Source of the DNA: Christensenella sp. UBA4247
GTDB lineage: Bacteria; Bacillota; Clostridia; Christensenellales; CAG-1252
Reading direction: 5' to 3'
Length of the DNA: 56,097 bases
Assembly (NCBI GenBank): GCA_002395405.1
Contig: DGWX01000040.1
Location: 1 to 56,097, forward strand
Positions 27,467-36,878 of this stretch are shown in pieces. How positions within the stretch are numbered: the first letter of the stretch is position 1; every line of letters starts with the position of its first letter. Position numbers and translations under genes: made by a program. The notes below the pieces were generated by a model that did not search any database, was not told where the DNA came from, and was given only the letters and a program-made list of their open reading frames with translations.

Positions 27467-27532
27467 TATCGGCTGTTTTTGCGTATAAAAGAAAAGGGAA
27501 AAGCGGTCGAATCATTCGGCCGCTTTTATTTA
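27426..27532 (+). promoter_or_regulatory. Ribosome-dependent transcription attenuator (protector, antiterminator, terminator)
   Basis: 1:2 TCTTTTA-T-TACGCA with TGCGTA-TAAAAGA; 2:3 TCGGCTGTTTTT (27469-80) with AAAAGCGGTCGA (27499-510); 3:4 AAAAGCGGTCGAA-TCA-TTCGGCCGCTTTT-ATTT. Confidence 0.82.
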
Positions 27533-27589
27533 TCAAAAGAAAGGCGGGAAACCGCTTGGGCGCCCTGTTTTGGCGCAAAGGAGAAAAAT

Positions 27590-28600
27590 ATGATCATCGT
27601 TATCAAAAAGCAACACGACGAATCGCAATACAAACATTTAACCGAATGGATCAAGTCGCTGGGGCTTAAAACCGATATCAGCGAAGGCGAAAACAGCCTC
27701 GTTATGGGGCTCGTAGGCGATACGAGCCGCGTGGATATCGATCTCGTTCGTTCGCTGGACATCGTGGAGGACGTAAAGCGCATTCAAGAGCCTTTCAAAA
27801 TGGCGAATCGCAAATTCCATCCCGAAGACACCGTCGTTCGAGCGGGAGGCGCCGTGATCGGCGGCGGCGCGTTTACCTATATCGCGGGACCTTGTTCGGT
27901 CGAAACGGAGAAACAGATCGTTGAGGTCGCAGAGGCGGTCAAAGAGGCAGGCGCGACGATCCTTCGCGGCGGCGCGTTTAAGCCGAGGACCTCTCCGTAC
28001 GCCTTTCAAGGGCTAAGGGAAGAAGGGATCCGCTTGCTTCTCCGAGCGAAAAAGGAAACGGGGCTTCCGATCGTAACGGAGATCATGAGCGAGACGCATA
28101 TCGATCTTTTCCGCGACGTGGATTTCGTTCAGATCGGCGCGCGCGATATGCAAAACTTCGAGCTTTTGAAAGCGGTAGGAAAGATGGGCAAGCCCGTCGT
28201 GTTAAAGCGCGGGATCGCCGCCACCGTACAGGAATGGTTGATGAGCGCGGAGTACTTAATGAGCGAAGGTTGCCATGACGTCGTCCTTTGCGAAAGAGGG
28301 ATCCGTACGTACGAGACCTATACGCGCAACACGCTCGATATCAGTGCGGTTCCCGTTTTGAAAGAACTGACGCATTTGCCGATCATCGTAGATCCGAGCC
28401 ACGCGAGCGGCGTTTCCCGCCTCGTTAAGCCTCTTTCGATGGCGGCTGCGGCGGCAGGAGCGGACGGCGTTATGATCGAAGTGCATAACGATCCGCCGCG
28501 CGCTTTGTGCGACGGCGCGCAGTCTTTGCGACCCGAGCAGTTCAAAGAGGTCGTTCTCGAAACGAACAAAGTCGCGCTCGCCGTGGGGAAAAAGATATGA
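27590..28600 (+). CDS. aroF: DAHP synthase, type I-beta
   Basis: N-terminal regulatory domain, AGPCSVE, RGGAFKPRTSPY, LCERGIRT, DPSH; AAGGAG SD. Confidence 0.95.
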   Translation: MIIVIKKQHDESQYKHLTEWIKSLGLKTDISEGENSLVMGLVGDTSRVDIDLVRSLDIVEDVKRIQEPFKMANRKFHPEDTVVRAGGAVIGGGAFTYIAGPCSVETEKQIVEVAEAVKEAGATILRGGAFKPRTSPYAFQGLREEGIRLLLRAKKETGLPIVTEIMSETHIDLFRDVDFVQIGARDMQNFELLKAVGKMGKPVVLKRGIAATVQEWLMSAEYLMSEGCHDVVLCERGIRTYETYTRNTLDISAVPVLKELTHLPIIVDPSHASGVSRLVKPLSMAAAAAGADGVMIEVHNDPPRALCDGAQSLRPEQFKEVVLETNKVALAVGKKI

Positions 28601-29436
28601 TCCGATCGGTCGGTATCGTCGGACTCGGGCTGATGGGCGCTTCCTTCGGACGGTTGCTCCTCCGCGACGGGTTCAAAGTGTTCGGGGCGGACAGAGACCC
28701 CGCCGTTATGGAAAAAGCGCTCCTCGCAAAAGCATACGAGGAACCTTTGACGGAAAAAAACGCTTCCACTCTCGATCTTCTTGTGATCGCGATCTTTCCG
28801 CGCGATTTCGAAAAGGCGGCAAGGGAATATTTGCCTTATATGAAAGAGGGCGCCGTTATTCTCGATTTTTGCGGCAACAAACGGATCGTAACGAAGGCGA
28901 TGAAAAAACTATCCGCCGAATATCCTTCCCTCGTGTTTTGCGGTGGGCATCCGATGGCGGGCAGAGAGTACAGCGGCGTGGAGCATAGTTCGGTGCGTTT
29001 GTTTGACGGCGCGAGTATGATCCTCGTTCCCGTAACGGAAAATCTTTTCGCCCTCTCCGAGATCAAAAACTTTTTCCTGTCCGTCGGATTCGGCGGCGTC
29101 GTCGTAACGACGGCGGAAAATCACGATAAAATGATCGCATATACTTCGCAGCTTTGCCATATCGTCAGCAACGCGTTTATCAAAAGCGAAAGCGCAAGGG
29201 AGCACGGCGGCTATTCCGCGGGAAGCTATCGCGACCTGACGCGCGTCGCGCGGCTCAACCCCGATATGTGGAGCGCCTTGATGATGGACAACGCGGAGTA
29301 TCTGAAAAGCGAACTCGACTTTCTGATCGCGTCCTTGCAAAAATACTCGGACGCTCTTTCGAAAAAGGACGAATCCGAACTGCGGCGCTTGCTTGCGGAA
29401 GGGGATAAAATCAAGCGGGAGATCGATAAGAAATGA
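28597..29436 (+). CDS. tyrA: Prephenate dehydrogenase
   Basis: GLGLMGAS, GGHPMAGRE, HD.MIAYTSQL.H, SYRDLTRVA; ATGA coupling. Confidence 0.92.
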   Translation: MIRSVGIVGLGLMGASFGRLLLRDGFKVFGADRDPAVMEKALLAKAYEEPLTEKNASTLDLLVIAIFPRDFEKAAREYLPYMKEGAVILDFCGNKRIVTKAMKKLSAEYPSLVFCGGHPMAGREYSGVEHSSVRLFDGASMILVPVTENLFALSEIKNFFLSVGFGGVVVTTAENHDKMIAYTSQLCHIVSNAFIKSESAREHGGYSAGSYRDLTRVARLNPDMWSALMMDNAEYLKSELDFLIASLQKYSDALSKKDESELRRLLAEGDKIKREIDKK

Positions 29437-30665
29437 AAGTGTTTTTGAAAAGCGCGCCTCTCGAAGGCAGCGTAAACGCGGTTCCGTCCAAATCCTATGC
29501 GCATAGGCTTCTCATAGCGGCGGCTTTGTCGGGGGGAAGTCTCGATTTCGGCGATTCGGACGACGCGTTTCGAACGGCGAAAGGGCTCGAAGAACTCGGC
29601 TTTGCCGCCTCTTTCTCGGGCAATTTCGTTTCCTTCGGCGCTTTTCGAGAGGGGAAGGAGCTTCGCGTCATCCACGTGGGCGAGAGCGGCAGCACGCTTC
29701 GGTTTTTACTGCCTCTTGCCGCAGCTCTCGGCGTAAACGCGCGCTTCGAGGCGGAAGGCAGGCTTGCGGAGCGGCCGATGGGCGCGCTCGTTTCGGCGCT
29801 TAAAAAGCGCGGAGCGGAGGCGGGTCCTCTTTCCGTTTCGGGGAAACTTACGGCGGGGCTTTTCGAGATCGACGCAACGGTCAGCTCGCAGTTCGTTACG
29901 GGACTTTTGATGGCATCGCCGCTCCTTTCGGGAGATAGCGAGATCCGACTCGTAGGGCGGCTCGTATCCGCGCCATACGTTCGAATTACGCTCGAAGTGA
30001 TGAAAGAAGCGGGGATCGAAGTCGAGCAAAGAGAAGACGGTTTTTTCGTTCGCGGCGGTCAAAAATACGCGCTGCGGTCTTCCTTCGTACAGGGAGATTA
30101 TTCGGGCGCGGCGTTCTTTTTGGCGGCGGGCGCGCTCGGGCGGGGCGTTTCCGTTTCGGGGCTTTCCGCCTCTTCCGCGCAGGGGGACAAGGCGATCCTC
30201 GACGTTCTTAAAAAGGCGGGTGCCGAAGTGGAACAAACAAACGGCGCCGTTTTCGTCCGAAAAGGGGAGCCGAAACCCTTTTCCCTTTCTCTCGGAGAGA
30301 TCCCCGATCTTGCGCCGATTCTGGCGGTTCTCGCCGCGAATATCCGAGGCGTCAGCGAACTTAGGAACGTATCCCGTTTGAAAGACAAAGAGAGCGACAG
30401 ACTTCTCGCGATCCGAGAGATGCTGAAAGAAGCCGGCATTCGGACGGAAGAAAAAGAGGACGCGCTCCTCGTTTTCGGCGGAGTGCCGCGCGGAGGCGAT
30501 TTTAACAGTTTTTCCGACCACCGTATGGCGATGGCGGAGGCGATCCTCGCGGCGTTTGCGGAGGGAGAAAGCAGCGTAAGCGACGGGCAATGTGTAAAAA
30601 AATCCTATCCGACTTTCTGGAAAGATTATGAAAAATGCGGAGGCAAGTATGAAATGGAGAGGTGA
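29433..30665 (+). CDS. aroA: EPSP synthase
   Basis: SKSYAHR, GESGSTLRF, VSSQF, KESDR, DHRMAM, KSYPTFW. Confidence 0.94.
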   Translation: MKVFLKSAPLEGSVNAVPSKSYAHRLLIAAALSGGSLDFGDSDDAFRTAKGLEELGFAASFSGNFVSFGAFREGKELRVIHVGESGSTLRFLLPLAAALGVNARFEAEGRLAERPMGALVSALKKRGAEAGPLSVSGKLTAGLFEIDATVSSQFVTGLLMASPLLSGDSEIRLVGRLVSAPYVRITLEVMKEAGIEVEQREDGFFVRGGQKYALRSSFVQGDYSGAAFFLAAGALGRGVSVSGLSASSAQGDKAILDVLKKAGAEVEQTNGAVFVRKGEPKPFSLSLGEIPDLAPILAVLAANIRGVSELRNVSRLKDKESDRLLAIREMLKEAGIRTEEKEDALLVFGGVPRGGDFNSFSDHRMAMAEAILAAFAEGESSVSDGQCVKKSYPTFWKDYEKCGGKYEMER

Positions 30666-31692
30666 CGAAATTTCGTTTGAGGTCGTGGGCTCGTCTCACG
30701 CGCCGTCCGTTATCCTTTCGGCAAAAGGGATCCCGCCTTTCGAGGCGGACGAGAAAAAGATCCTTGCGTTTATGGAGAGGAGAAAAGCAAAAAAGGCGGT
30801 GTATTCCACGAAGCGTTTCGAAGCGGACGTGCCCGAGATCTCGAGGGAAGGGGATTCTTTCCGCGTCGAGATCAAGAACACGAACGTTCGCAGCGGCGAT
30901 TACGCCGATCTGTATGGCATTCCCCGCCCCTCTCACGCCGATTACGCCGCGTATCTTTCAGACGGTAGGCTGGATTTTTCGGGCGGCGGAGAGTTCAGCG
31001 CGCGTTTGACCGCGCCGCTTTGCGCGCTCGGAAGCGTGGCGAAGCAGATCTTGGAAGAAAGAGGGATCCGCGTTTCCGCTTGGGTTTCCAAAATCGGAAA
31101 AGTAAAAGGCGCGAGTTTCCGAAACGGATTGACGAATGAAATGCTTCGCGCGGGCGAAAGGGGAGAATGGACGCCCGAAAAGCAAGAAGAGATGGAACGG
31201 GAGATCGCGCTTGCCTCTCGGGAAGGCGACTCGGTCGGCGGCGAAATCGAATGCGCGGTGACGGGGCTCCCCGGCGCGGTCGGCGGCGGTTCGTTCGGCT
31301 CGCTCGAAGGGAAAATCTCTTCGCTCTGTTTCTTGATCCCCGCCGTAAAAGGCGTTTCGTTCGGAGGCGGATTCGCCCTTTCCGAAATGCGCGGATCGCA
31401 AGCGAACGACCCACTGCGCGCGGAGAACCACGAAATCAAAATCGTTAAAAACGACGCGGGCGGGATCAACGGCGGTTTGTCAAACGGGAATCCCGTTACG
31501 CTGTCTCTCGCTTTTCGCCCCACGCCTTCGATCACTCTCTCGCAACAATCGGTAAACCTCGTAACGCGCGAAAACGTAACCGTTTCGATCAAAGGCAGAC
31601 ACGACGCTTGCGTCGTTCCCCGTGCCGTCCCCGTCGTGGAAAGCGCGGTCGCGATCGCCGTTTTGGACGCGCTTTTGCCTTTTGAAAAATAA
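30649..31692 (+). CDS. aroC: Chorismate synthase
   Basis: PRPSHAD, GGGEFSARLTA, GDSVGG, GGINGG.SNG, GRHDAC; GGAGG SD before ATG 30649. Confidence 0.93.
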   Translation: MKWRGDEISFEVVGSSHAPSVILSAKGIPPFEADEKKILAFMERRKAKKAVYSTKRFEADVPEISREGDSFRVEIKNTNVRSGDYADLYGIPRPSHADYAAYLSDGRLDFSGGGEFSARLTAPLCALGSVAKQILEERGIRVSAWVSKIGKVKGASFRNGLTNEMLRAGERGEWTPEKQEEMEREIALASREGDSVGGEIECAVTGLPGAVGGGSFGSLEGKISSLCFLIPAVKGVSFGGGFALSEMRGSQANDPLRAENHEIKIVKNDAGGINGGLSNGNPVTLSLAFRPTPSITLSQQSVNLVTRENVTVSIKGRHDACVVPRAVPVVESAVAIAVLDALLPFEK

Positions 31693-31701
31693 GGAGAAAA
31701 A

Positions 31702-31959
31702 ATGAACGAACTCGAACTTTTGAGAAAGAAAATAGACGAGATAGACGAACGCGTTTGCGCGCTTTTGCTCGCGCGATTCGAAGCGGTCAAAGAGATCGGC
31801 GCGATCAAAAAGGAAAAAGGACTTCCGATTTTGAACGAAGCAAGAGAAGAAGCCGTTTTCGCAAAGGTTCGCGGGAAAGCGGAAAGGGAAGAAGAAAAAG
31901 CCGCGCTCGCAGAGATCTATAAAACGATTATGGGAGAAGCGAAAAAACTCGAGCGATGA
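31702..31959 (+). CDS. Monofunctional chorismate mutase (AroQ/type II)
   Basis: LR.KIDEID......L..R......IG..K....LPI....REE. Confidence 0.88.
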   Translation: MNELELLRKKIDEIDERVCALLLARFEAVKEIGAIKKEKGLPILNEAREEAVFAKVRGKAEREEEKAALAEIYKTIMGEAKKLER

Positions 31960-32016
31960 AACCGTTCGTAAGAAGAAGGGGAGCGCAAGGAAGCGCCCCT
32001 TTTCACTTACAAAAAG

Positions 32017-32044
32017 AAAAGCTCTCGAAATCGAGAGCTTTTTT
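32017..32044. terminator. Bidirectional terminator
   Basis: AAAAGCTCTCGA-AA-TCGAGAGCTTTT between the aro operon and gltX. Confidence 0.75.
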
Positions 32045-32061
32045 CGTTATTTCGGAGCGTA

Positions 32062-33495
32062 TCAAAGGCTCTTTTTCAAAAGGTCGAGAGAGAAGGCGAG
32101 GCGGCGGATCGTTTCGTCTTTTCCGAGGAGTTCCGCCATTTCGGTAGCGCCGCCGGGAGTGGAAGCGCGCCCCGTGATCGCGATGCGGAAAGACCAAAGC
32201 ATTTGCCCTTTTTTCAGCCCCGTTTCTTCCGCTTTGGAAAGGAGAATATCGTGTAGCTCCGTCATATCCCATTTTCCCATTTTTTCGATTGCGGGAAGGG
32301 CGGCTTCGATCGCTTTTAAGGCAACGGAAGCGTCCGTCTTCATCTTTTGATGGTTGAAAAGGGAAAGATCGTACTCGCCGAATTCTTCGAGGAAGTCCAC
32401 GAGGGACGGGATCTCGGAGAGGATCTCCACGCGCGGGATCAAAAGAGGCGCGAGGAGAGAATAATCGTATTTACCGCCGATCTTGGACGCGTCCAAAAAA
32501 GGTTTCGCCGCGGAAACGAACTCGGGAACGGTCATCTTTTTAATGTAGTTGCCGTTCAGCCAGCGCAGTTTCGCTTCGTCGAAAATGGCGGGAGAGATCG
32601 AAACGCCGTCGATCGAGAAGAGGTGGATCAATTCGTCCATCGAAAGCATTTCTTCGTTGTTTTTCGGGCTCCAACCGAGCAGAGCGATATAATTTACGAT
32701 CGCTTCGGGAAGATAGCCTTTTTTTACGAAGTCGTCGAAGTTTGCGTCGCCGTAGCGCTTGCTGAGTTTGCGCTCCTTATCCTTCATAATGGGGGGAAGG
32801 TGAATGTATTGCGGGCGCTCCCAGCCGAACGCGTCGTATAAAAGATTGTACTTCGGGGTGCTGGAAAGATATTCGTTTCCGCGGATCACGTGCGAAATGC
32901 GCATCAGGTGATCGTCCACGACGTTTGCGAAATTATACGTCGGCATTCCGTCGCTTTTTAAGAGGATCGCGTCTTCCATATCTTTATAGGCAACGCTGAT
33001 CTCGCCGTACACGAGGTCGTGATACGAGCTGACGCCGTCCGTTTCGGGAATGTTTTGCCTGACGACGTAGCTTTCTCCGCTTTCGAGCTTGCGACGGATC
33101 TCTTCCTTCGAAAGGCGCAGGCAGCGTTTATCGTACTTCACCGTTCCGCCGTCCGTCATGTCGCGCCCCTTGCAGAAGCAATAATACGCGCCGCCGAGGC
33201 GGATCAATTCTTCGGCGAAACTCTTATAGATCTCTTTGCGTTCGCTTTGTACGTAGCTGTACGGCGCCGCTTCTTTGCCGGGACCTTCGTCATACTCGAT
33301 GCCGGCTTGTTTCAGCGTGTTAAAAATAACGTCCACCGCGCCTTCCACGTAGCGACCTTGGTCGGTATCTTCGATACGAACGATGAATTTACCGCCGTTC
33401 GCTTTCGCGTAAAGATAGGCGTACAGCGCGGTGCGCAGGTTTCCGATATGCATAAACCCCGTGGGACTCGGGGCGAATCTGGTACGAACTTCCAT
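32062..33495 (-). CDS. gltX: Glutamyl-tRNA synthetase
   Basis: RFAPSPTG..HIGN, RIEDTD, YYCFC, KLSKR. Confidence 0.97.
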   Translation of the reverse strand: MEVRTRFAPSPTGFMHIGNLRTALYAYLYAKANGGKFIVRIEDTDQGRYVEGAVDVIFNTLKQAGIEYDEGPGKEAAPYSYVQSERKEIYKSFAEELIRLGGAYYCFCKGRDMTDGGTVKYDKRCLRLSKEEIRRKLESGESYVVRQNIPETDGVSSYHDLVYGEISVAYKDMEDAILLKSDGMPTYNFANVVDDHLMRISHVIRGNEYLSSTPKYNLLYDAFGWERPQYIHLPPIMKDKERKLSKRYGDANFDDFVKKGYLPEAIVNYIALLGWSPKNNEEMLSMDELIHLFSIDGVSISPAIFDEAKLRWLNGNYIKKMTVPEFVSAAKPFLDASKIGGKYDYSLLAPLLIPRVEILSEIPSLVDFLEEFGEYDLSLFNHQKMKTDASVALKAIEAALPAIEKMGKWDMTELHDILLSKAEETGLKKGQMLWSFRIAITGRASTPGGATEMAELLGKDETIRRLAFSLDLLKKSL

Positions 33496-33643
33496 AGTAT
33501 CCTCCGTTTAATATAAAGTATAATGCAAATCCCGAGGGAAATCAAACGAATACGCATAATCTAAGCGTCCTTCCCTCTTTTTCGTTCTGATCCGCGTTAA
33601 ACGCGCATAAAAATAATCGATCAATTTTTCGGAGAGTGAAAAT

Positions 33644-33913
33644 ATGGAAAAGCAGTCGATCGTAAAAAAAGCGCACGCCGTTACGTTAAAGGAAGAAGCC
33701 ACGATCACCGGGATCACGCAGGTCGTCAGCGTAACGGATAAGGAGGTCGTACTCGCGGTGGGGGATCGCCGCTTAACTTTGACCGGGAGCGGGTTCAGCG
33801 CGGATAAACTCTCGCTTGAAGAGGGCGTGATCGTCGTTAAAGGCGAGGTTTCGCAGCTTAAATATTCCGCGGCGGCGGAAGGGAAAAGCCTGATCAAGCG
33901 ATTGTTCAAATGA
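33644..33913 (+). CDS. yabP: Sporulation protein YabP/YqfC family
   Basis: ITG...V.S....EV.L......L...G......KL.LEEG.....G.V....Y and C-terminal ..KRLFK; sigma-E-like CATAAAAT at 33606. Confidence 0.8.
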   Translation: MEKQSIVKKAHAVTLKEEATITGITQVVSVTDKEVVLAVGDRRLTLTGSGFSADKLSLEEGVIVVKGEVSQLKYSAAAEGKSLIKRLFK

Positions 33914-34491
33914 TCGGGAAAGAGAGCGCCGTCGTTTGTCTTTTGTTTCTTTGGGGCGCGGCGGCGGGCTTCGCGTCCTGCGTTTTGAACGTTCTCGGAC
34001 GCGCGTCCAAAAGCGCGCGGGCTTTTTTCGATTGTCTGATCGCGGCGGAAGGGGCGGCGGCGTTTTTTTTCGGATCGTACACGGCGAGCGGCGGCGAATT
34101 TCGTTTGTATTCTCTGCTGTCTTTCGCGCTCGGCGCTTTTCTCGCGATGAAAGCGGGGGTTCGCGTTTATCCCGCTTTGAAGAAACTCGCTCGGAGGATT
34201 TTTTCTCCCTTGCTCTCCCTTGAACGCACCTTGGAGAAAAAGATCGCGGAAAAGACGGAACCGATCGTAAAAAAGCGGCGGGAGAGGGCAGACAGGCGAA
34301 AGGAAAGAAGAAACGAGAGACGAAAGGAAAGGGAGAAAAAAATAGAAGCGCGAAGAGCGGAAAAAGCGGCGACCGCCGAGAGGCGGAAAAGGGCGGTCGA
34401 AAAAGAAGGAGAAGAGAGGATCAGCGACCGAAGACGCGCGGCGGGCGTGCGCGCTTCCCTTAAAGGGAAGGCGAGAAGGCAAAGTGATTGA
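33910..34491 (+). CDS. yabQ: Spore cortex protein YabQ-like, with long R/K/E-rich tail
   Basis: FFD.L....., GEFRLY.L..F.LG; coupled to yabP. Confidence 0.72.
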   Translation: MIGKESAVVCLLFLWGAAAGFASCVLNVLGRASKSARAFFDCLIAAEGAAAFFFGSYTASGGEFRLYSLLSFALGAFLAMKAGVRVYPALKKLARRIFSPLLSLERTLEKKIAEKTEPIVKKRRERADRRKERRNERRKEREKKIEARRAEKAATAERRKRAVEKEGEERISDRRRAAGVRASLKGKARRQSD

Positions 34492-34517
34492 CAGAAAGAA
34501 CCTCTTTGCGATACAAT
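34488..34517 (+). promoter_or_regulatory. Sigma-A promoter
   Basis: TTGACA-18-TACAAT. Confidence 0.65.
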
Positions 34518-34597
34518 ATCGAAAGACGGAAATAAAGAGGCGAAGAAAAATCTCTTCGTCCGCGCCGTCTTAAAGAAAAAACGAAGAGGTCAGAATC

Positions 34598-36211
34598 GTG
34601 GCTATCAAATTTCTAACGCCGGTTCAGCTGTGGCAGGATTTCGATCCCGTAAGCGAACCGCTCGACATATCGGTTTCTTATTCCGAGCAAGAGGGCGCCA
34701 TTACGATCAAAGGCGCGTATTTTACCGCGATCAAAGAAGGGGAAGAGCAGGTCAGGGCGTTCGCCGAAGTCAAAACGCAGGCGGACAAGCCGAAAAAAGC
34801 GCTTGTTTGCGTCCTGACGGAGAAAAACCAATCCGCGCTGGCGGATAGTTTCGACGAGCTTTTGAAGCGCGGTTTCGCCGTTATGACGGTGGACGTCAGC
34901 GGCATTGCGGATGAAAAAGGAAACGCGGCGAAATATTCTCCCGCCTTTTCCTACGCGTCGTACGCGGCGGGCGTTCCCGATCGATTCCTCGCGTCTCCCT
35001 CCGCGAAAAATTCCCCCGTTTTCCTTTGGGCGAAGATCGTTCGCCGAGCGATCACGTTGATCGAGTATTTCTATCCCAAAATCAAAGTTTCCGTAATGGG
35101 CGCAAGGACGGCGGCGGACGTTGCTTGGCAGGTTGCCGCGGCGGACGAAAGGATCGCCGCGTTGCTCGCGCTTCTCGGAGATTATTCCGAACCGCCCGTA
35201 AGCGAAGGAGACAGTTCGAACGCGGATAGTTACACGATGGCGCTCAGCGCCAAAAGCGCGGCTCGCCGCATTACCTGCCCCTGCTTGATCGCAACTTGCG
35301 CAAACGCGCGCGGCGGCGACGTGGAAAAGATCAGCGAGGTCGCGAATCAGATGCAAGAGGGCGTTCCCTTTGCTTTGACCGTCTCTCCGAGGCTGAACGA
35401 CCAGATCCGTGAAGCCGATCTGTTCTCCACCTATAAATGGTTGGATAAAACGATGAAAGGGGAGCCCGCGCCGGAAATTCGTTTGTCGGCGTCTCAGGAA
35501 GAGGACGAGATGAATTTTACCTTGAACGCGCCGATCGGAAAAGTACAGGCAGCCTCGCTATTCGCTTGCTATAACGGTCGGCCGCCCGAGTATCGCCATT
35601 GGCACGAGTTCCCGATGAAGAAACACGAAGACGGTTCTTTTACCGCTTCCGTTCCCGTTTGGGAGGGGGATCGGGAGATCTTCGCGTATGCGTCCGTTTC
35701 CGCCCCGGGCGGTTTATACTTCGCCACGAAGGGCGTTGGGACGCTTTGTTCCTCTCTCACCCGTTATCACGTCAGCCAGTTCCTTTTGGACACTGCCTCG
35801 GATCACGGGTTTTATTCGGATAATTCGAAAGAAACCTTCCTTTCGTACGAAGGGGATTTTGCTATTGAAGACGCGCCGGACGGCGTTCCGGGATTTACGG
35901 GGAAAGGCTGCCTTCGAACGAACATTCTTTCGGAGAGCGATCGCTATGAACCGGCTTCTTCGCTGCATATCAGCGTGTATTCGAAAAAAGACGCGGAGAT
36001 CCGGGTTTGCCTTTTGAAAGAGGAAGGCGACGCCGTCGCTTGCTATACGGCGCAAGTATCGGTGGAAGGGGAAGAATGGACGCGCCTTTCTTTGGAAACG
36101 GACGATTTTAAGACGGACGAACTCATTCCGATGAAAGATTGGACGGGTCTTCTCGGTATCGTTTTGCCCGATACGGACGATACATATTATAATAATTTCC
36201 TTTGGATGTAA
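34598..36211 (+). CDS. Hypothetical alpha/beta-hydrolase-fold protein with C-terminal CBM-like beta domain
   Basis: RGFAVMTVDVSG...RRAITLI...KVSVMG...AA.DERI pattern; C-terminal WTRLSL...DF. Confidence 0.6.
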   Translation: MAIKFLTPVQLWQDFDPVSEPLDISVSYSEQEGAITIKGAYFTAIKEGEEQVRAFAEVKTQADKPKKALVCVLTEKNQSALADSFDELLKRGFAVMTVDVSGIADEKGNAAKYSPAFSYASYAAGVPDRFLASPSAKNSPVFLWAKIVRRAITLIEYFYPKIKVSVMGARTAADVAWQVAAADERIAALLALLGDYSEPPVSEGDSSNADSYTMALSAKSAARRITCPCLIATCANARGGDVEKISEVANQMQEGVPFALTVSPRLNDQIREADLFSTYKWLDKTMKGEPAPEIRLSASQEEDEMNFTLNAPIGKVQAASLFACYNGRPPEYRHWHEFPMKKHEDGSFTASVPVWEGDREIFAYASVSAPGGLYFATKGVGTLCSSLTRYHVSQFLLDTASDHGFYSDNSKETFLSYEGDFAIEDAPDGVPGFTGKGCLRTNILSESDRYEPASSLHISVYSKKDAEIRVCLLKEEGDAVACYTAQVSVEGEEWTRLSLETDDFKTDELIPMKDWTGLLGIVLPDTDDTYYNNFLWM

Positions 36212-36214
36212 GAT

Positions 36215-36877
36215 ATGGAAGAGAGACGGGAAGGCAAAAAAGCGCTGAGAATAATCGTTGAGGTGATGCTGTGTTTGCTCATCGCCGTTTTGCTCGTCGG
36301 CGTGATCCAGCAGTTCTTTCTCGCGCCCGTCGCGGTTGTCGGCGAATCGATGATGCCCACCTTCAATTCGGAAGGGGACAAAGTGTACGTCCAAAAAAAG
36401 TTTTATAAAATTTCGAGAGGGGACGTGATCGTTTTTTATCGTCCCAATTCGGAAGAGGTTACGAGTAAGAACCCCGCAAATTCCATCTCGATCGCGGATT
36501 TTTTCAATTCTCTTCCCTTCGTGAATAAGATCCCCAAAGTAAATGAAGACGCCTCTTCCGATTACACTTGCGTGATCAAACGCGTGATCGGCGTGGAGGG
36601 AGACAATATCGAGATCCGATACGTTTCCGCCTCGCAAGCCCAGCTTTTGAGAAACGGCAGCGTCGTAAACGACTTTTTGATGACCCCCGAGATCTATTTC
36701 GGATACGGCGGCGTCAAAGAGGGCAGTTGGACGGTCGGGAAAGGGGAGCTTTTCGTTCTCGGAGACAATCGAAACAACAGTTACGACAGCGAAGATTACG
36801 GGCCCATTCAGGCGTCTTGGCTGATGGGAAAGGTCGTTCTCGCGAAGATCGGCGGGAAATATAAGAGAACTTTGTAA
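36215..36877 (+). CDS. lepB: Signal peptidase I
   Basis: GESMMPT, RGDVIVF, IKRVIG, GDNRNNSYDS. Confidence 0.93.
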   Translation: MEERREGKKALRIIVEVMLCLLIAVLLVGVIQQFFLAPVAVVGESMMPTFNSEGDKVYVQKKFYKISRGDVIVFYRPNSEEVTSKNPANSISIADFFNSLPFVNKIPKVNEDASSDYTCVIKRVIGVEGDNIEIRYVSASQAQLLRNGSVVNDFLMTPEIYFGYGGVKEGSWTVGKGELFVLGDNRNNSYDSEDYGPIQASWLMGKVVLAKIGGKYKRTL

Positions 36878-36878
36878 A

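Noticed and set aside
34230-34491. R/K/E-rich purine tract at the end of yabQ considered as a frameshift or separate element
   Set aside because: Continuous in frame with yabQ; basic C-terminal tails are usual in YabQ-like proteins
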